Origin: Promethearchaeota archaeon
GTDB taxonomy: Archaea > Asgardarchaeota > Lokiarchaeia > Sigyniarchaeales > SOKP01
NCBI GenBank assembly: GCA_011364925.1
Contig: RDOA01000018.1
Span: forward strand, 1,012 to 65,011
Length of the DNA: 64,000 nucleotides
Reading direction: 5' to 3'
The translations under genes were made by a program, and so were the position numbers. The notes under the pieces are model-generated. The model had not been told where the DNA came from, made no database searches, and saw nothing but the letters and a program-made list of their open reading frames with translations. How positions within the stretch are numbered: the first letter of the stretch is position 1; every line of letters starts with the position of its first letter. Positions 10,104 through 19,395 of the stretch are shown here, piece by piece.

Positions 10104-12518
10104 CTAATTGAGTTGCAGAAGTTTTCTCTTTATAGGCAATGAGACTTTCTCAACACCTAATTCTTTCACATATTCTACAACTTCAATAAGTTTGGTTGCT
10201 GATTGATGGAAGAAGCAAACTTCTTTTGGTTCAAGAATTTTGATCATTTCTGCAAGCTGAATCTTATCAGCGTGTAATTTTATTTTTAGTTGTGGCATAA
10301 AAGTGTTTATTAGAAATGCTCTAAAAGGAGCCTTCCACGTTTCAGAAAACTCAATCTCAGTTTCTCCGGATACTAAATCAAAGCCCGGCTGTTCGTGAAT
10401 TGCTCCTGCCAGAAATACTAAATTATGAGGATTTCTACCAACAACATTGATAATATTTCTAATTAAGCCGTAGGATAAGTCGGGGGGATGGGAGATTATT
10501 ATATTATTTTTCTTTCTCAGGAAGTCTAAATCATTCTTATCAAACCATCTAAATTTAATACTGTTGAACGGATTAGCTTTGTCCCTAATCAATCTTGATA
10601 TAGGTCCATAGATGTACTCGTATCGATGATTGATGACTTGAATATTCTTTCGAACCATCATATCTACATAGATATTAGGTCGTTTAGTATATCCTTTCCT
10701 TAATTGTAATTTTCGGAAATAACGCCAAAAAATAAGCATAAAAGTTATAGCTAAACTAGAAGGATCAGCCCCAATTAACACATTATCTTCATATTCTGCT
10801 TTCTGTTCTAAGAAAAGTATTAAGCTATGAAATTGATCAGAAATGTTTCCGTATTCCTCTTGAGCAGCAGTTCCATCAATTAGAAGATAATCGATGGGTC
10901 GTGAGATTTGTTCTAAAAATCTTTTTGTTCCAGCAAACGGAGTAATATCATAATATGTGTAATCGCCTGTGTATAAGAATCGAAAATCGTTAGCCTTTGC
11001 CAATAACATCAAGGCCCCTGGCATATGTCCCGCGTGAAAAAACGAAAAGTAGCAATCTTTATCTTTAAATTCTATTTTATCGCCATTTTCTACATAAATT
11101 ACGTTTTTTACGACATTTCGGTATTCCTCTTCTTCAATTTCCAAGCTATTTTCCTGCTTTAAGAAGTTTGAATCCCTTAAGAGGTAAAGATCCAAGGTGA
11201 TCCTGGAACAGAAAATAGGAATATCCGGATTCTCTGCTATGAGTTTTTTTAACCCTGAGACATGATCAAAATGACTGTGTGAGATAAACACTCCATCGAT
11301 TTTTGGGATAGAAGATTTGTCTTGTTTAACGATTTCAGAATTTAGTTCTTCTTGCTCTAGATCTTCAAGTAGTTGAGGTAGATTTTGAAGATATTCTTCA
11401 ATGTATTTAAAATCATCCGTTTTTTTATATTCTTGCTCTTTATCCAATTGTTCATCATTTTCCGCAGATTCTTCGCCTTCTGTTTCTTCTACATCTTCTT
11501 TCTCTTCTACAAATTCCTGTTCTTCTAACTCTTCTTGAACTTCTGGCTCAGAGATTCCACAATCTAATAAAAAGTTAAGATGTCCTATGCCTAAAATATG
11601 ACAGTTGTGATTAGGTTTAAGAACAATAGGATAAATTGTTATTCTGATTTTCCCTCCATTGTCTCCATTAGAGACTGATATTTCTTTAAAGTGATCATTA
11701 TCAAATTTCCTTTCGATTTTATCTATAGCTTCTGAGATTTTGCTTTTACCGACGGGAACACCAGTGATGTAAAAATACCAACCGTAATTCTTTACTAATC
11801 GTTTTAAATTTTCATACATCATGTCTCCAATTAAAGATTTAACAACGATGACTCTCTCTTTTTGATAATAAATTATTTTACCGATAGAATTCTTCTCATT
11901 TGAGGGAACATCTTCGTTTTTGAAAAAAAAATCGTCTAATACTTCTTTAATAGGTAATTGGGGGATATTATTTGATTTAATAAGCTTAAGATATTGAAAA
12001 TATTCTTTGCTGTGGTATAACGAACGCATGTGTTCTTTTTCTTTTAAGGGAATATCATTATCCTCATACCTATAAATTTCTCTTCTAATAGTTTTTTCTT
12101 CTTTTTTAGGTTCTTTTTTAGGTTTATTTTTAGACTTATTTTTTTTACTCTTTTCTTTTTTTGTCGTTTGCGTAGGCTTAGAAATGAAAAAGAACCAGCC
12201 ATAAGCACGAATTAACTCATCTCTTTTCCAGATGATATCTCGTCCTAAATTTGTAACCACAATAATGATTTTATCCTTTTGCGAATACACGATTTTGGAG
12301 ATAGAATTTTTAGTATTCTTGTTAATTTCATCATTATTTAAGAAAAAGTGATTTAAAACATCTAAAATTGGTTTCTGGGGAATATCTTTGGTTTCCATTA
12401 ATTTTAATTTATCTTCATACGATTTAATTTTGTAGGAAGAGCTCAATTCTTCCCGATTTTCAAGTTCAATTACCTTGTCTAAATATTTGTATTCCTCTTT
12501 AACCATTAAATTATACAA
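10104..12518 (-). CDS. Metallo-beta-lactamase/beta-CASP nuclease with duplicated N-terminal domain
   Basis: LLDCG, SHSHFDH, HAGH, YTGD, LHAD and FFH motifs. Confidence 0.85.
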   Translation of the reverse strand: MYNLMVKEEYKYLDKVIELENREELSSSYKIKSYEDKLKLMETKDIPQKPILDVLNHFFLNNDEINKNTKNSISKIVYSQKDKIIIVVTNLGRDIIWKRDELIRAYGWFFFISKPTQTTKKEKSKKNKSKNKPKKEPKKEEKTIRREIYRYEDNDIPLKEKEHMRSLYHSKEYFQYLKLIKSNNIPQLPIKEVLDDFFFKNEDVPSNEKNSIGKIIYYQKERVIVVKSLIGDMMYENLKRLVKNYGWYFYITGVPVGKSKISEAIDKIERKFDNDHFKEISVSNGDNGGKIRITIYPIVLKPNHNCHILGIGHLNFLLDCGISEPEVQEELEEQEFVEEKEDVEETEGEESAENDEQLDKEQEYKKTDDFKYIEEYLQNLPQLLEDLEQEELNSEIVKQDKSSIPKIDGVFISHSHFDHVSGLKKLIAENPDIPIFCSRITLDLYLLRDSNFLKQENSLEIEEEEYRNVVKNVIYVENGDKIEFKDKDCYFSFFHAGHMPGALMLLAKANDFRFLYTGDYTYYDITPFAGTKRFLEQISRPIDYLLIDGTAAQEEYGNISDQFHSLILFLEQKAEYEDNVLIGADPSSLAITFMLIFWRYFRKLQLRKGYTKRPNIYVDMMVRKNIQVINHRYEYIYGPISRLIRDKANPFNSIKFRWFDKNDLDFLRKKNNIIISHPPDLSYGLIRNIINVVGRNPHNLVFLAGAIHEQPGFDLVSGETEIEFSETWKAPFRAFLINTFMPQLKIKLHADKIQLAEMIKILEPKEVCFFHQSATKLIEVVEYVKELGVEKVSLPIKRKLLQLN

Positions 12519-12609
12519 TTTTACACCAAAAAAAACAGTTTCGATTTTTTAATTTTATTTCTAAACGCCTATACGACTAGCCAAATATCCATTATTGAAC
12601 TGGAGGTTC

Positions 12610-12981
12610 TCAAGCTTGTATTTTTAATTTCTTTCTATTTTCTTTCGTATCCTCGTAAATTTGCCATTTAGACACTAAATCATCTTCTATAGTTGCTGTC
12701 CATATGGCATGATCTTTTGCTAGAGCGTCTTTTGACCAAATCGCGTAACCAATAAGAATTACTAAACTTCCTCTGGATTCTACTCTCTCAAATACATTTT
12801 TATAAGTTGGATAGTCGGTAAAAAATTCGATCCAGCCATTCACCATATCTCCATACTCATCTCCATGGCGATCGATAAAAGTGTGATTTTCAGTCATGAG
12901 GTTTCTAATACCATTGATATCATGGTCGTTGATACACTGATTAAATTGCAGAGCAGTAATTTTTGGATCTATTTTATTCAT
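12610..12981 (-). CDS. SnoaL/NTF2-like protein
   Basis: FNQCINDHDINGIRNLMTENHTFID...WQIYED pattern. Confidence 0.8.
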   Translation of the reverse strand: MNKIDPKITALQFNQCINDHDINGIRNLMTENHTFIDRHGDEYGDMVNGWIEFFTDYPTYKNVFERVESRGSLVILIGYAIWSKDALAKDHAIWTATIEDDLVSKWQIYEDTKENRKKLKIQA

Positions 12982-12993
12982 TCTTAGGCTCTA

Positions 12994-14211
12994 TTAATGG
13001 TTTTTCCCTTTTTTGAGTGGTGACATTTTCCTTAGTCTTTCTATAATAGGAGGCAATTTTTCTAAAAAGTAATCAATATCCTCTTCAGTTGTAAATCTTC
13101 CGACGGTTATTCTTAAGGAGCCGTGGGCTTCTTGAGGTTTTAAACCAATAGCTAATAACACGTGTGATGGATCTAATGATTTTGAAGAACAAGCAGATCC
13201 CGTAGATGTTGCTATTCCTTGACCATCTAAATCTAATACCATTGATTCTCCTTCAATAAATCTTATGCCCAAATTAACATTATTAGGTAAGCGTCGCGTT
13301 GGGTGACCGTTTAGATATGAATCTTCTATATTTTTTAGTACAAAATCGATAACTTTATCCCTTAATCTTGAAAGTCTTTCAATTTCTTTTGGCATTTCTT
13401 CTTTCGCGAGTTCTACCGCTTTTGCAAAACCTGCAATACCTGGAACATTTACCGTACTCGGTCTCATATCTCGTTCGTGACCTCCTCCAAACATTATTGG
13501 CTCGATATATTTTCCCCATCCTTCTCTAATTCCTTTATTTCTAATATAGAGCATTCCCACTCCTTTAGGTCCATATAACTTATGAGCAGATGCAGAGAGT
13601 AAATCAATATTCATCTCATTGACATCAATCGGAATTTTTCCAAACGCTTGAACCGCATCAGTATGAAAAATAACATCGTGTTTCTTAGCAATTTCTCCGA
13701 TTTCTTTGATTGGCTCAATCGTCCCAATTTCATTGTTTGCAAACATTATGCTTATAAGAACTGTATTCTTTGTAATCGTCTCTTCTAATTCTTCTAAGTT
13801 TATCAATCCTAGGTTATCCACAGGTAAGAAGGTAACATCAAAACCACTTTTTTTCAAATGCTTACAGGTATTCTCAACAGCGTGATGCTCGATGGCCGAT
13901 GTAATGATGTGGTTACCTTTTTTTTGATTCTTAAGCGCAACTCCCATTAATGCTATATTGTCCGCTTCAGTTCCCGAAGATGTAAAATAGATATCGGCTC
14001 TATTGGCATTTATTATTGATGCGACGATTTCACGAGATTTTACTAATGTTTGAGCGGCTTTTTGACCAACTGAATGCAAACTTGAAGAATTCCCGTAAGT
14101 ATCCTTGAAATGAGCATTCATTTCTTCAATTACGCGTTGATCCATTGGAGTTGTAGCAGCGTAATCAAGATACACATATTTAGGTTTGTTCATTCTTGAC
14201 CACGAATTCAA
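12994..14211 (-). CDS. iscS: Cysteine desulfurase IscS/NifS (true start probably the ATG at 14190)
   Basis: YLDYAATTP, HTDAVQ, SAHKLYGPKG, GSACSS. Confidence 0.96.
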   Translation of the reverse strand: MNSWSRMNKPKYVYLDYAATTPMDQRVIEEMNAHFKDTYGNSSSLHSVGQKAAQTLVKSREIVASIINANRADIYFTSSGTEADNIALMGVALKNQKKGNHIITSAIEHHAVENTCKHLKKSGFDVTFLPVDNLGLINLEELEETITKNTVLISIMFANNEIGTIEPIKEIGEIAKKHDVIFHTDAVQAFGKIPIDVNEMNIDLLSASAHKLYGPKGVGMLYIRNKGIREGWGKYIEPIMFGGGHERDMRPSTVNVPGIAGFAKAVELAKEEMPKEIERLSRLRDKVIDFVLKNIEDSYLNGHPTRRLPNNVNLGIRFIEGESMVLDLDGQGIATSTGSACSSKSLDPSHVLLAIGLKPQEAHGSLRITVGRFTTEEDIDYFLEKLPPIIERLRKMSPLKKGKNH

Positions 14212-14334
14212 AATTGGTTTTTACTACTTTAATAAAAATTATACTTGAATTAATAATTCTTATCATTATGTTTTATATATTAAGTTAAATTCTTTAAGAA
14301 TTAAAATTTGAAATAAATTAGGAGTTGAAATTTA

Positions 14335-14889
14335 ATGCTAAAAGTTCTCTGGGCCATTACTGGTACTGGATATGTCCTACAAGAGTCAATAGATTTGATG
14401 AAAGAGTTACAAGAAGAGTATAATGTCAATTTAACAGTAATTTTATCAAAAGAAGGAGCAGCAGTTGTAAAGTGGTATAAAAAGTGGTCAGCTTTAACTG
14501 AAGCGGTAGAAAAAGTTAAAGTGGAGAAAACACCAAATATACCTTTCTATGCGGGACCTTTACAACTTGGGAAGTTTGATTTATTCTTATGTTGCCCCGT
14601 TTCTGCAAACTCTGTAGCCAAAATTGTGCATGGTATTGCGGACACGCTTGTTACTAACTGTATAGCTCAAGCAATTAAGGGGGGGCAAATAGTATACATT
14701 TTTCCCTCAGATCAAGATACAGAGCCTATTGTGACTTCTCGACCAGATGGATCACCACTTGTGCTAAAAATACGAGATGTGGAACTTGAGAACATTAAGA
14801 AGTTAAAAAACATGGAAGGAATAGAAGTGATATCAGATTTTAGTGAAATTGAAAAACTTATAATTCGAAAGATTGAAGAAAACAAGTGA
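14335..14889 (+). CDS. Archaeal flavoprotein (AfpA / HFCD-like family)
   Basis: WAITGTG, PVSANSVAKIVHGIADTLVTN, PSD. Confidence 0.85.
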   Translation: MLKVLWAITGTGYVLQESIDLMKELQEEYNVNLTVILSKEGAAVVKWYKKWSALTEAVEKVKVEKTPNIPFYAGPLQLGKFDLFLCCPVSANSVAKIVHGIADTLVTNCIAQAIKGGQIVYIFPSDQDTEPIVTSRPDGSPLVLKIRDVELENIKKLKNMEGIEVISDFSEIEKLIIRKIEENK

Positions 14890-15014
14890 TTCATGGTTTT
14901 GGTTCTATAAGTTATATTTCGACGAGAATTAAGAAAAATTAACTTTATAAAGCATTGAGTGAATATTTTCATCATTGTCAAATTTTTGACAAAATATATA
15001 GAGTGTGAAATAAT

Positions 15015-15455
15015 ATGAGTTCAAGTAAAGTAAAATCTTCTAGTACGATTTTAAATCTTCTGGTTATTGCTATTGGAGCGATCTTTCTATTTAAAGCAGT
15101 AATTAACTTATTGACATCATTTGGAGTAGCTTTTCCTGAATTATTGGGAGAATGGAATGATAAACTTCAAGGTGTTGCTGCCCTTGGGAGTAGTGGATTA
15201 GTTTCTCTCGTCTTAGCCTTCTGGTTTATTATTTCTGGTATAGGAATGTTTAAAGAGGCAGAATGGGCAATGGGTCAAGCATTAGTAGTTCTCAGTATAA
15301 CGGTTGTTATGGGAATTGAACCAGTAATCAAATTGATATTGAATCCATCCACGTTTTCCTGGACTGATGTATCGACTATTATAGTTCTTATCTCATTTAT
15401 AGTAGGAATAGTTGGATTTATTTGGTTAATTATTACGAGAAGAAGATACGATTAA
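15015..15455 (+). CDS. Four-TM hypothetical membrane protein
   Basis: Four hydrophobic segments; GAGTGTGA SD-like motif upstream. Confidence 0.7.
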   Translation: MSSSKVKSSSTILNLLVIAIGAIFLFKAVINLLTSFGVAFPELLGEWNDKLQGVAALGSSGLVSLVLAFWFIISGIGMFKEAEWAMGQALVVLSITVVMGIEPVIKLILNPSTFSWTDVSTIIVLISFIVGIVGFIWLIITRRRYD

Positions 15456-15607
15456 CATCTATAGAAAAATTAAAAGAATCAATTTTTTTTTCTCTTATAT
15501 TATCAAGTACTAGTTTAAGTCAAGGGTTTCGTCCAAATGTTTAAATTAAATATTGGTTTATTAACAAATAAGTCTACATTTTAGAATCCAAAATATTATA
15601 ATAGAAG

Positions 15608-18600
15608 GTGGTTTTCATCCAAACCGAATTGCATGATAAAAATGTTAAAGAGAATTTTGAATATCCTCAACACTTATATCCTAAAAGAAAAGGGTTAGCA
15701 AAAGCTTTTCATATGGCTCAGAGTTTTGGACACAGCAGAGATGTAACTGCTGTCGCTTTGTCTCATAAAGGTGATTATATCGTAAGCGGTTCAAAAGATA
15801 ATACACTAAAAATCTGGGATTTTCCAGCTGGAAACCTGTTAAGAACAATAGAGGCACACGATCACTCAATTTTAGCGGTAGCGATATCAGTAGATGATAA
15901 TTATATCTATAGTTCTTCCTCAGATAGTATAATAAAAGTATGGGGCTTGAAGAGAGGAAATTTTATAAGTGAATTAAAGGAACATACAGATTCAGTAACA
16001 TCTTTAGCTACTACACCTGATGGTAAAAACCTCGTAAGTGGTTCTAAAGATCAAACTGTTATAGTTTGGAATATTTTAAACGCAAAACTTATCCATAAAT
16101 TTGAACATAAAAGCGCCGTATTGTCAATCGCAATTTCTAAAAATAACGAAACTTTGGTTTGTGGAACTGAAGATGGTATTATTAGGGTATGGAATTTAAA
16201 GAACGGCAAGTTTGTTCGTACAATTAAAGGACATAGTGGAGCTATCAATTCAATAACCATTTCTCCCGATGGGGAATACATTATAAGCGGATCAGATGAC
16301 GAAACTGTAAGAATATGGAATCTTTCAAAAGGACGCCCTTTATATGTCCTTAAAAGCCATAAAGCAGTAGTTCGAGCTGTAGCTATTTCTCTTGATGGAA
16401 ATTTGATTGTGAGTGGCTCTGATGATAAAACGATAAATATATGGGATGTGTCAACAGGAGAACTCATAAGAACACTAAAAGAGTATACAGGTAAGGTCTT
16501 ATCGATTACATTTTCTCCTAATGGGAAGTACATCATAACAGGTTCCGCTGATAATAACATCATGGTATGGGAGTTAATGAAAGGTAAACTTGAATCGACA
16601 ATAAGTGCACATAATAAAGGGATCAACTGTGTAGCAGTTTCTCCAAACGGCCTCTACATTGCATCTGGATCAGATGACAATACAATTAAAATTTGGGACA
16701 TTAAGACTCTAAGTCTATTAAGAACGTTAACAGACCATGGAAAATCGGTTACTTCAGTTGAATTTTCGCCTGACGGGAACTTTCTTGTCAGTGGTTCTAG
16801 TGATAAAAAAATAATTATATGGGATGTACGGAAAAGTATTCCATACAGTATATTAAAGAACATCGGAAGCGTGCCAAATTCAGCTATGTTTACTCCAGAA
16901 AGCAATCAAGTAATCATGGGCTTAGACAATAATTATGTAAAAATCTGGGATATTCAAAGTAAGAGTCTAATATGGGAAGAAAAAGCTCATAAGGGTCCTG
17001 TTACCTCAATAAAGTTCACCCCGAATGGGAGATATTTCGTAACTGGATCAGAAGACAAACACGTTTTGATATGGGACTTTTCTTCGAAAGAAGTAATCAA
17101 GGATCTCGATGGTCATAAGGGAAAAGTGTTGTCGATTGGAATTTCTCCAAATGGAGCAAATATTTGTAGTAGTTCTGACGATAAAACAGTAAAAGTATGG
17201 GACTTTTACACAGGGAACTTGGTTTCTACCATTGATAATCATGCTGATACTGTTTCAAGCGTAAGCTATTCTCCCATAGGGAATTGCTTTATAAGTACGT
17301 CAAAGGATAAAACAGTAAAAGTGTGGGATAATAGAAACGAACTAATTCAAACTTTCGAAGGTCATGGGGAAGATGTCTCTTGTGTAGCAATTACGCCGGA
17401 TGGAAAACTTGCGATAACAGGATCCCTTGATGGGTATTTAAAGGTTTGGGCCCTCACTTTTGGAGGTCTTTTTAAAAATATCAAGGGTCATTCGCAAAAT
17501 GTGAATTCGGTTGCAGTTTCAACAAGCGGTAAATTAGCGGTAAGCGGATTATCCAATAGATCCCTAATTGTATGGGATCTTTCAACCGGTAAATTGATCA
17601 AGACACTGAAAGGTCATACAGATATCATTAGTTCAGTAGCGTTTTCTCCTGGGGGTAAATTTGTTGCTAGTGCGTCTTATGACAAAACCTGTAAAATATG
17701 GGAGATCAATAGCGGTGAAACCTTATGGACTTTAAGCGGTCATGATGACGCAGTTACTTCCGTCTCTGCATCTAATGATACAAAATATATTGTGAGTGGT
17801 TCAAGAGACAAAACAATTATTATTTGGGAGCCAAGTAGGGGAAAATTATTTAAAAGACTAAAAGGAGCTAAGAGTGCTGTTACATCAGTTGATTTTTCTC
17901 CTAATGACGAACTTATAGTGAATGGTTTAGAAGATAGTACTGTAAATATTTGGAATGTAAAAAAAGGAAAACTAATTCATACCCTAGAAGGTCATAAAGA
18001 GGTTGTTAATTCAGTTGCTTTTTCTCCCGATGGAGAATATGTTGCGAGTGGTTCTAAAGATCAGACGGTGAAGGTTTGGAAAGTTAATACTGGTGAATTA
18101 GATTATACATTTGAAAAGATTAATAGCCCCGTTACTTCTGTATCATTTTCTTCTGATGGATTGTACGTTGCTTGTGGTACCGAAAATAACTTTATACGAA
18201 TTTGGGATTTTATTGAAAAATATCAAACTTCGTATTATTATTTATCGAAGGTTAACTCTGCAAAGTTCATACCCAACACAAACCAAATAATTGCAGGGTA
18301 CGATTCGGGAGATGTTTTAATATGGGATTTGTTAATGGAAGAACAAGAAGAACTTTTAAAAGAATTAAGAAGCAAATTAAAGAATGTAGAGGATTTAATC
18401 GTTCAAAATAATTATTCAGAAGCGATTGAACAATTAAACTTTATTTTGGAGACAGCGGATGTTTTTAACTTTGAGGATCTTAAAGCAATAGCATTTGAGA
18501 AACTTAAAAATTTAAGGGATCCAAAAGAAACTCTAGAAGTTGTGAAAAAGATATTAGAGTTTGAGTATAATAATCAAAGAAACATAACTAAAGCTGAAAT

Positions 18601-19294
18601 GGTTAATCAACTTAAGATTGAAATTTCAGAGACAGAATATTATGAAGATTTATTAAAAAATCCCTTAGATTATGAACCTTCTGAAAGAGCTCATTTAGAG
18701 AATCTAGGAACGAAAATTTTGCAAGAACTTCTTAATCCTACATTATATGCTTTAATAATGGAAAAAGGATATGATTTAATCACAGCAAAAAAGATTGGGA
18801 AGTTTCTGCAGGATCAAGGATTTATTAGAGATTTTAGAAATTTTCCGCTTGATGAAGAAAAATTCATGACTCCAAGAGAGAAATTAGAAAATTTAGTTGT
18901 ATTTGTAAGTTATGCAACAGTTGACGCAGATACGTTTAAGATTGAAGAATTAGCGAAAAGGTTAAAGTCATATGAAGAAATAAAAGAGGTATTGTATTGG
19001 CAAGAACATATGACTGATAATATCATTAAATTCATGAGCGACAACCTTGGAAAATGCAATGTGGTGCTTCTATTTTGCTCTGAGACTGCTTTAGATTCTA
19101 AACCCGTTGAGGAGGAGTGGACAGCTGCTGATATGATGGGTAAACCCATTGTTCCTGTGTTTTTAAGCCCCGATCATATTCCCCCGCTTTTAAAATCAAG
19201 ATTAGGGTATGAATTTGATTTAGTGGATTTCGAGAAGAATGTAATGCATATTCATAACTTAATATTGAAGAAGTGTGGATCAATTGATAATTAG
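15608..19294 (+). CDS. WD40-repeat (21 repeats) protein with helical linker and C-terminal TIR domain
   Basis: 21 GH...SGSxD...W[DNE] repeats; C-terminal VFVSYA...VVLLFCSETALDSKPVEEEW...IVPVFL is a TIR_2-type pattern. Confidence 0.92.
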   Translation: MVFIQTELHDKNVKENFEYPQHLYPKRKGLAKAFHMAQSFGHSRDVTAVALSHKGDYIVSGSKDNTLKIWDFPAGNLLRTIEAHDHSILAVAISVDDNYIYSSSSDSIIKVWGLKRGNFISELKEHTDSVTSLATTPDGKNLVSGSKDQTVIVWNILNAKLIHKFEHKSAVLSIAISKNNETLVCGTEDGIIRVWNLKNGKFVRTIKGHSGAINSITISPDGEYIISGSDDETVRIWNLSKGRPLYVLKSHKAVVRAVAISLDGNLIVSGSDDKTINIWDVSTGELIRTLKEYTGKVLSITFSPNGKYIITGSADNNIMVWELMKGKLESTISAHNKGINCVAVSPNGLYIASGSDDNTIKIWDIKTLSLLRTLTDHGKSVTSVEFSPDGNFLVSGSSDKKIIIWDVRKSIPYSILKNIGSVPNSAMFTPESNQVIMGLDNNYVKIWDIQSKSLIWEEKAHKGPVTSIKFTPNGRYFVTGSEDKHVLIWDFSSKEVIKDLDGHKGKVLSIGISPNGANICSSSDDKTVKVWDFYTGNLVSTIDNHADTVSSVSYSPIGNCFISTSKDKTVKVWDNRNELIQTFEGHGEDVSCVAITPDGKLAITGSLDGYLKVWALTFGGLFKNIKGHSQNVNSVAVSTSGKLAVSGLSNRSLIVWDLSTGKLIKTLKGHTDIISSVAFSPGGKFVASASYDKTCKIWEINSGETLWTLSGHDDAVTSVSASNDTKYIVSGSRDKTIIIWEPSRGKLFKRLKGAKSAVTSVDFSPNDELIVNGLEDSTVNIWNVKKGKLIHTLEGHKEVVNSVAFSPDGEYVASGSKDQTVKVWKVNTGELDYTFEKINSPVTSVSFSSDGLYVACGTENNFIRIWDFIEKYQTSYYYLSKVNSAKFIPNTNQIIAGYDSGDVLIWDLLMEEQEELLKELRSKLKNVEDLIVQNNYSEAIEQLNFILETADVFNFEDLKAIAFEKLKNLRDPKETLEVVKKILEFEYNNQRNITKAEMVNQLKIEISETEYYEDLLKNPLDYEPSERAHLENLGTKILQELLNPTLYALIMEKGYDLITAKKIGKFLQDQGFIRDFRNFPLDEEKFMTPREKLENLVVFVSYATVDADTFKIEELAKRLKSYEEIKEVLYWQEHMTDNIIKFMSDNLGKCNVVLLFCSETALDSKPVEEEWTAADMMGKPIVPVFLSPDHIPPLLKSRLGYEFDLVDFEKNVMHIHNLILKKCGSIDN

Positions 19295-19395
19295 GGTTGA
19301 TGCTTTCAAGAAAAAATATAATCTTTTTTAACAAAGAAGTTTTAATATTTATTTAACAGATTTTTACAATTTGAATTAAAAGAGCGGAATCAAAA

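Noticed and set aside
11400-12170. Low-complexity purine/pyrimidine-skewed tracts
   Set aside because: Explained by Lys-rich and Glu-rich coding linkers in the beta-CASP gene
15720-18330. WD40 region as a DNA tandem repeat, CRISPR-like array or diversity-generating target
   Set aside because: Periodicity is at the protein level with diverged codons; no identical repeats with spacers, and no reverse transcriptase in the window
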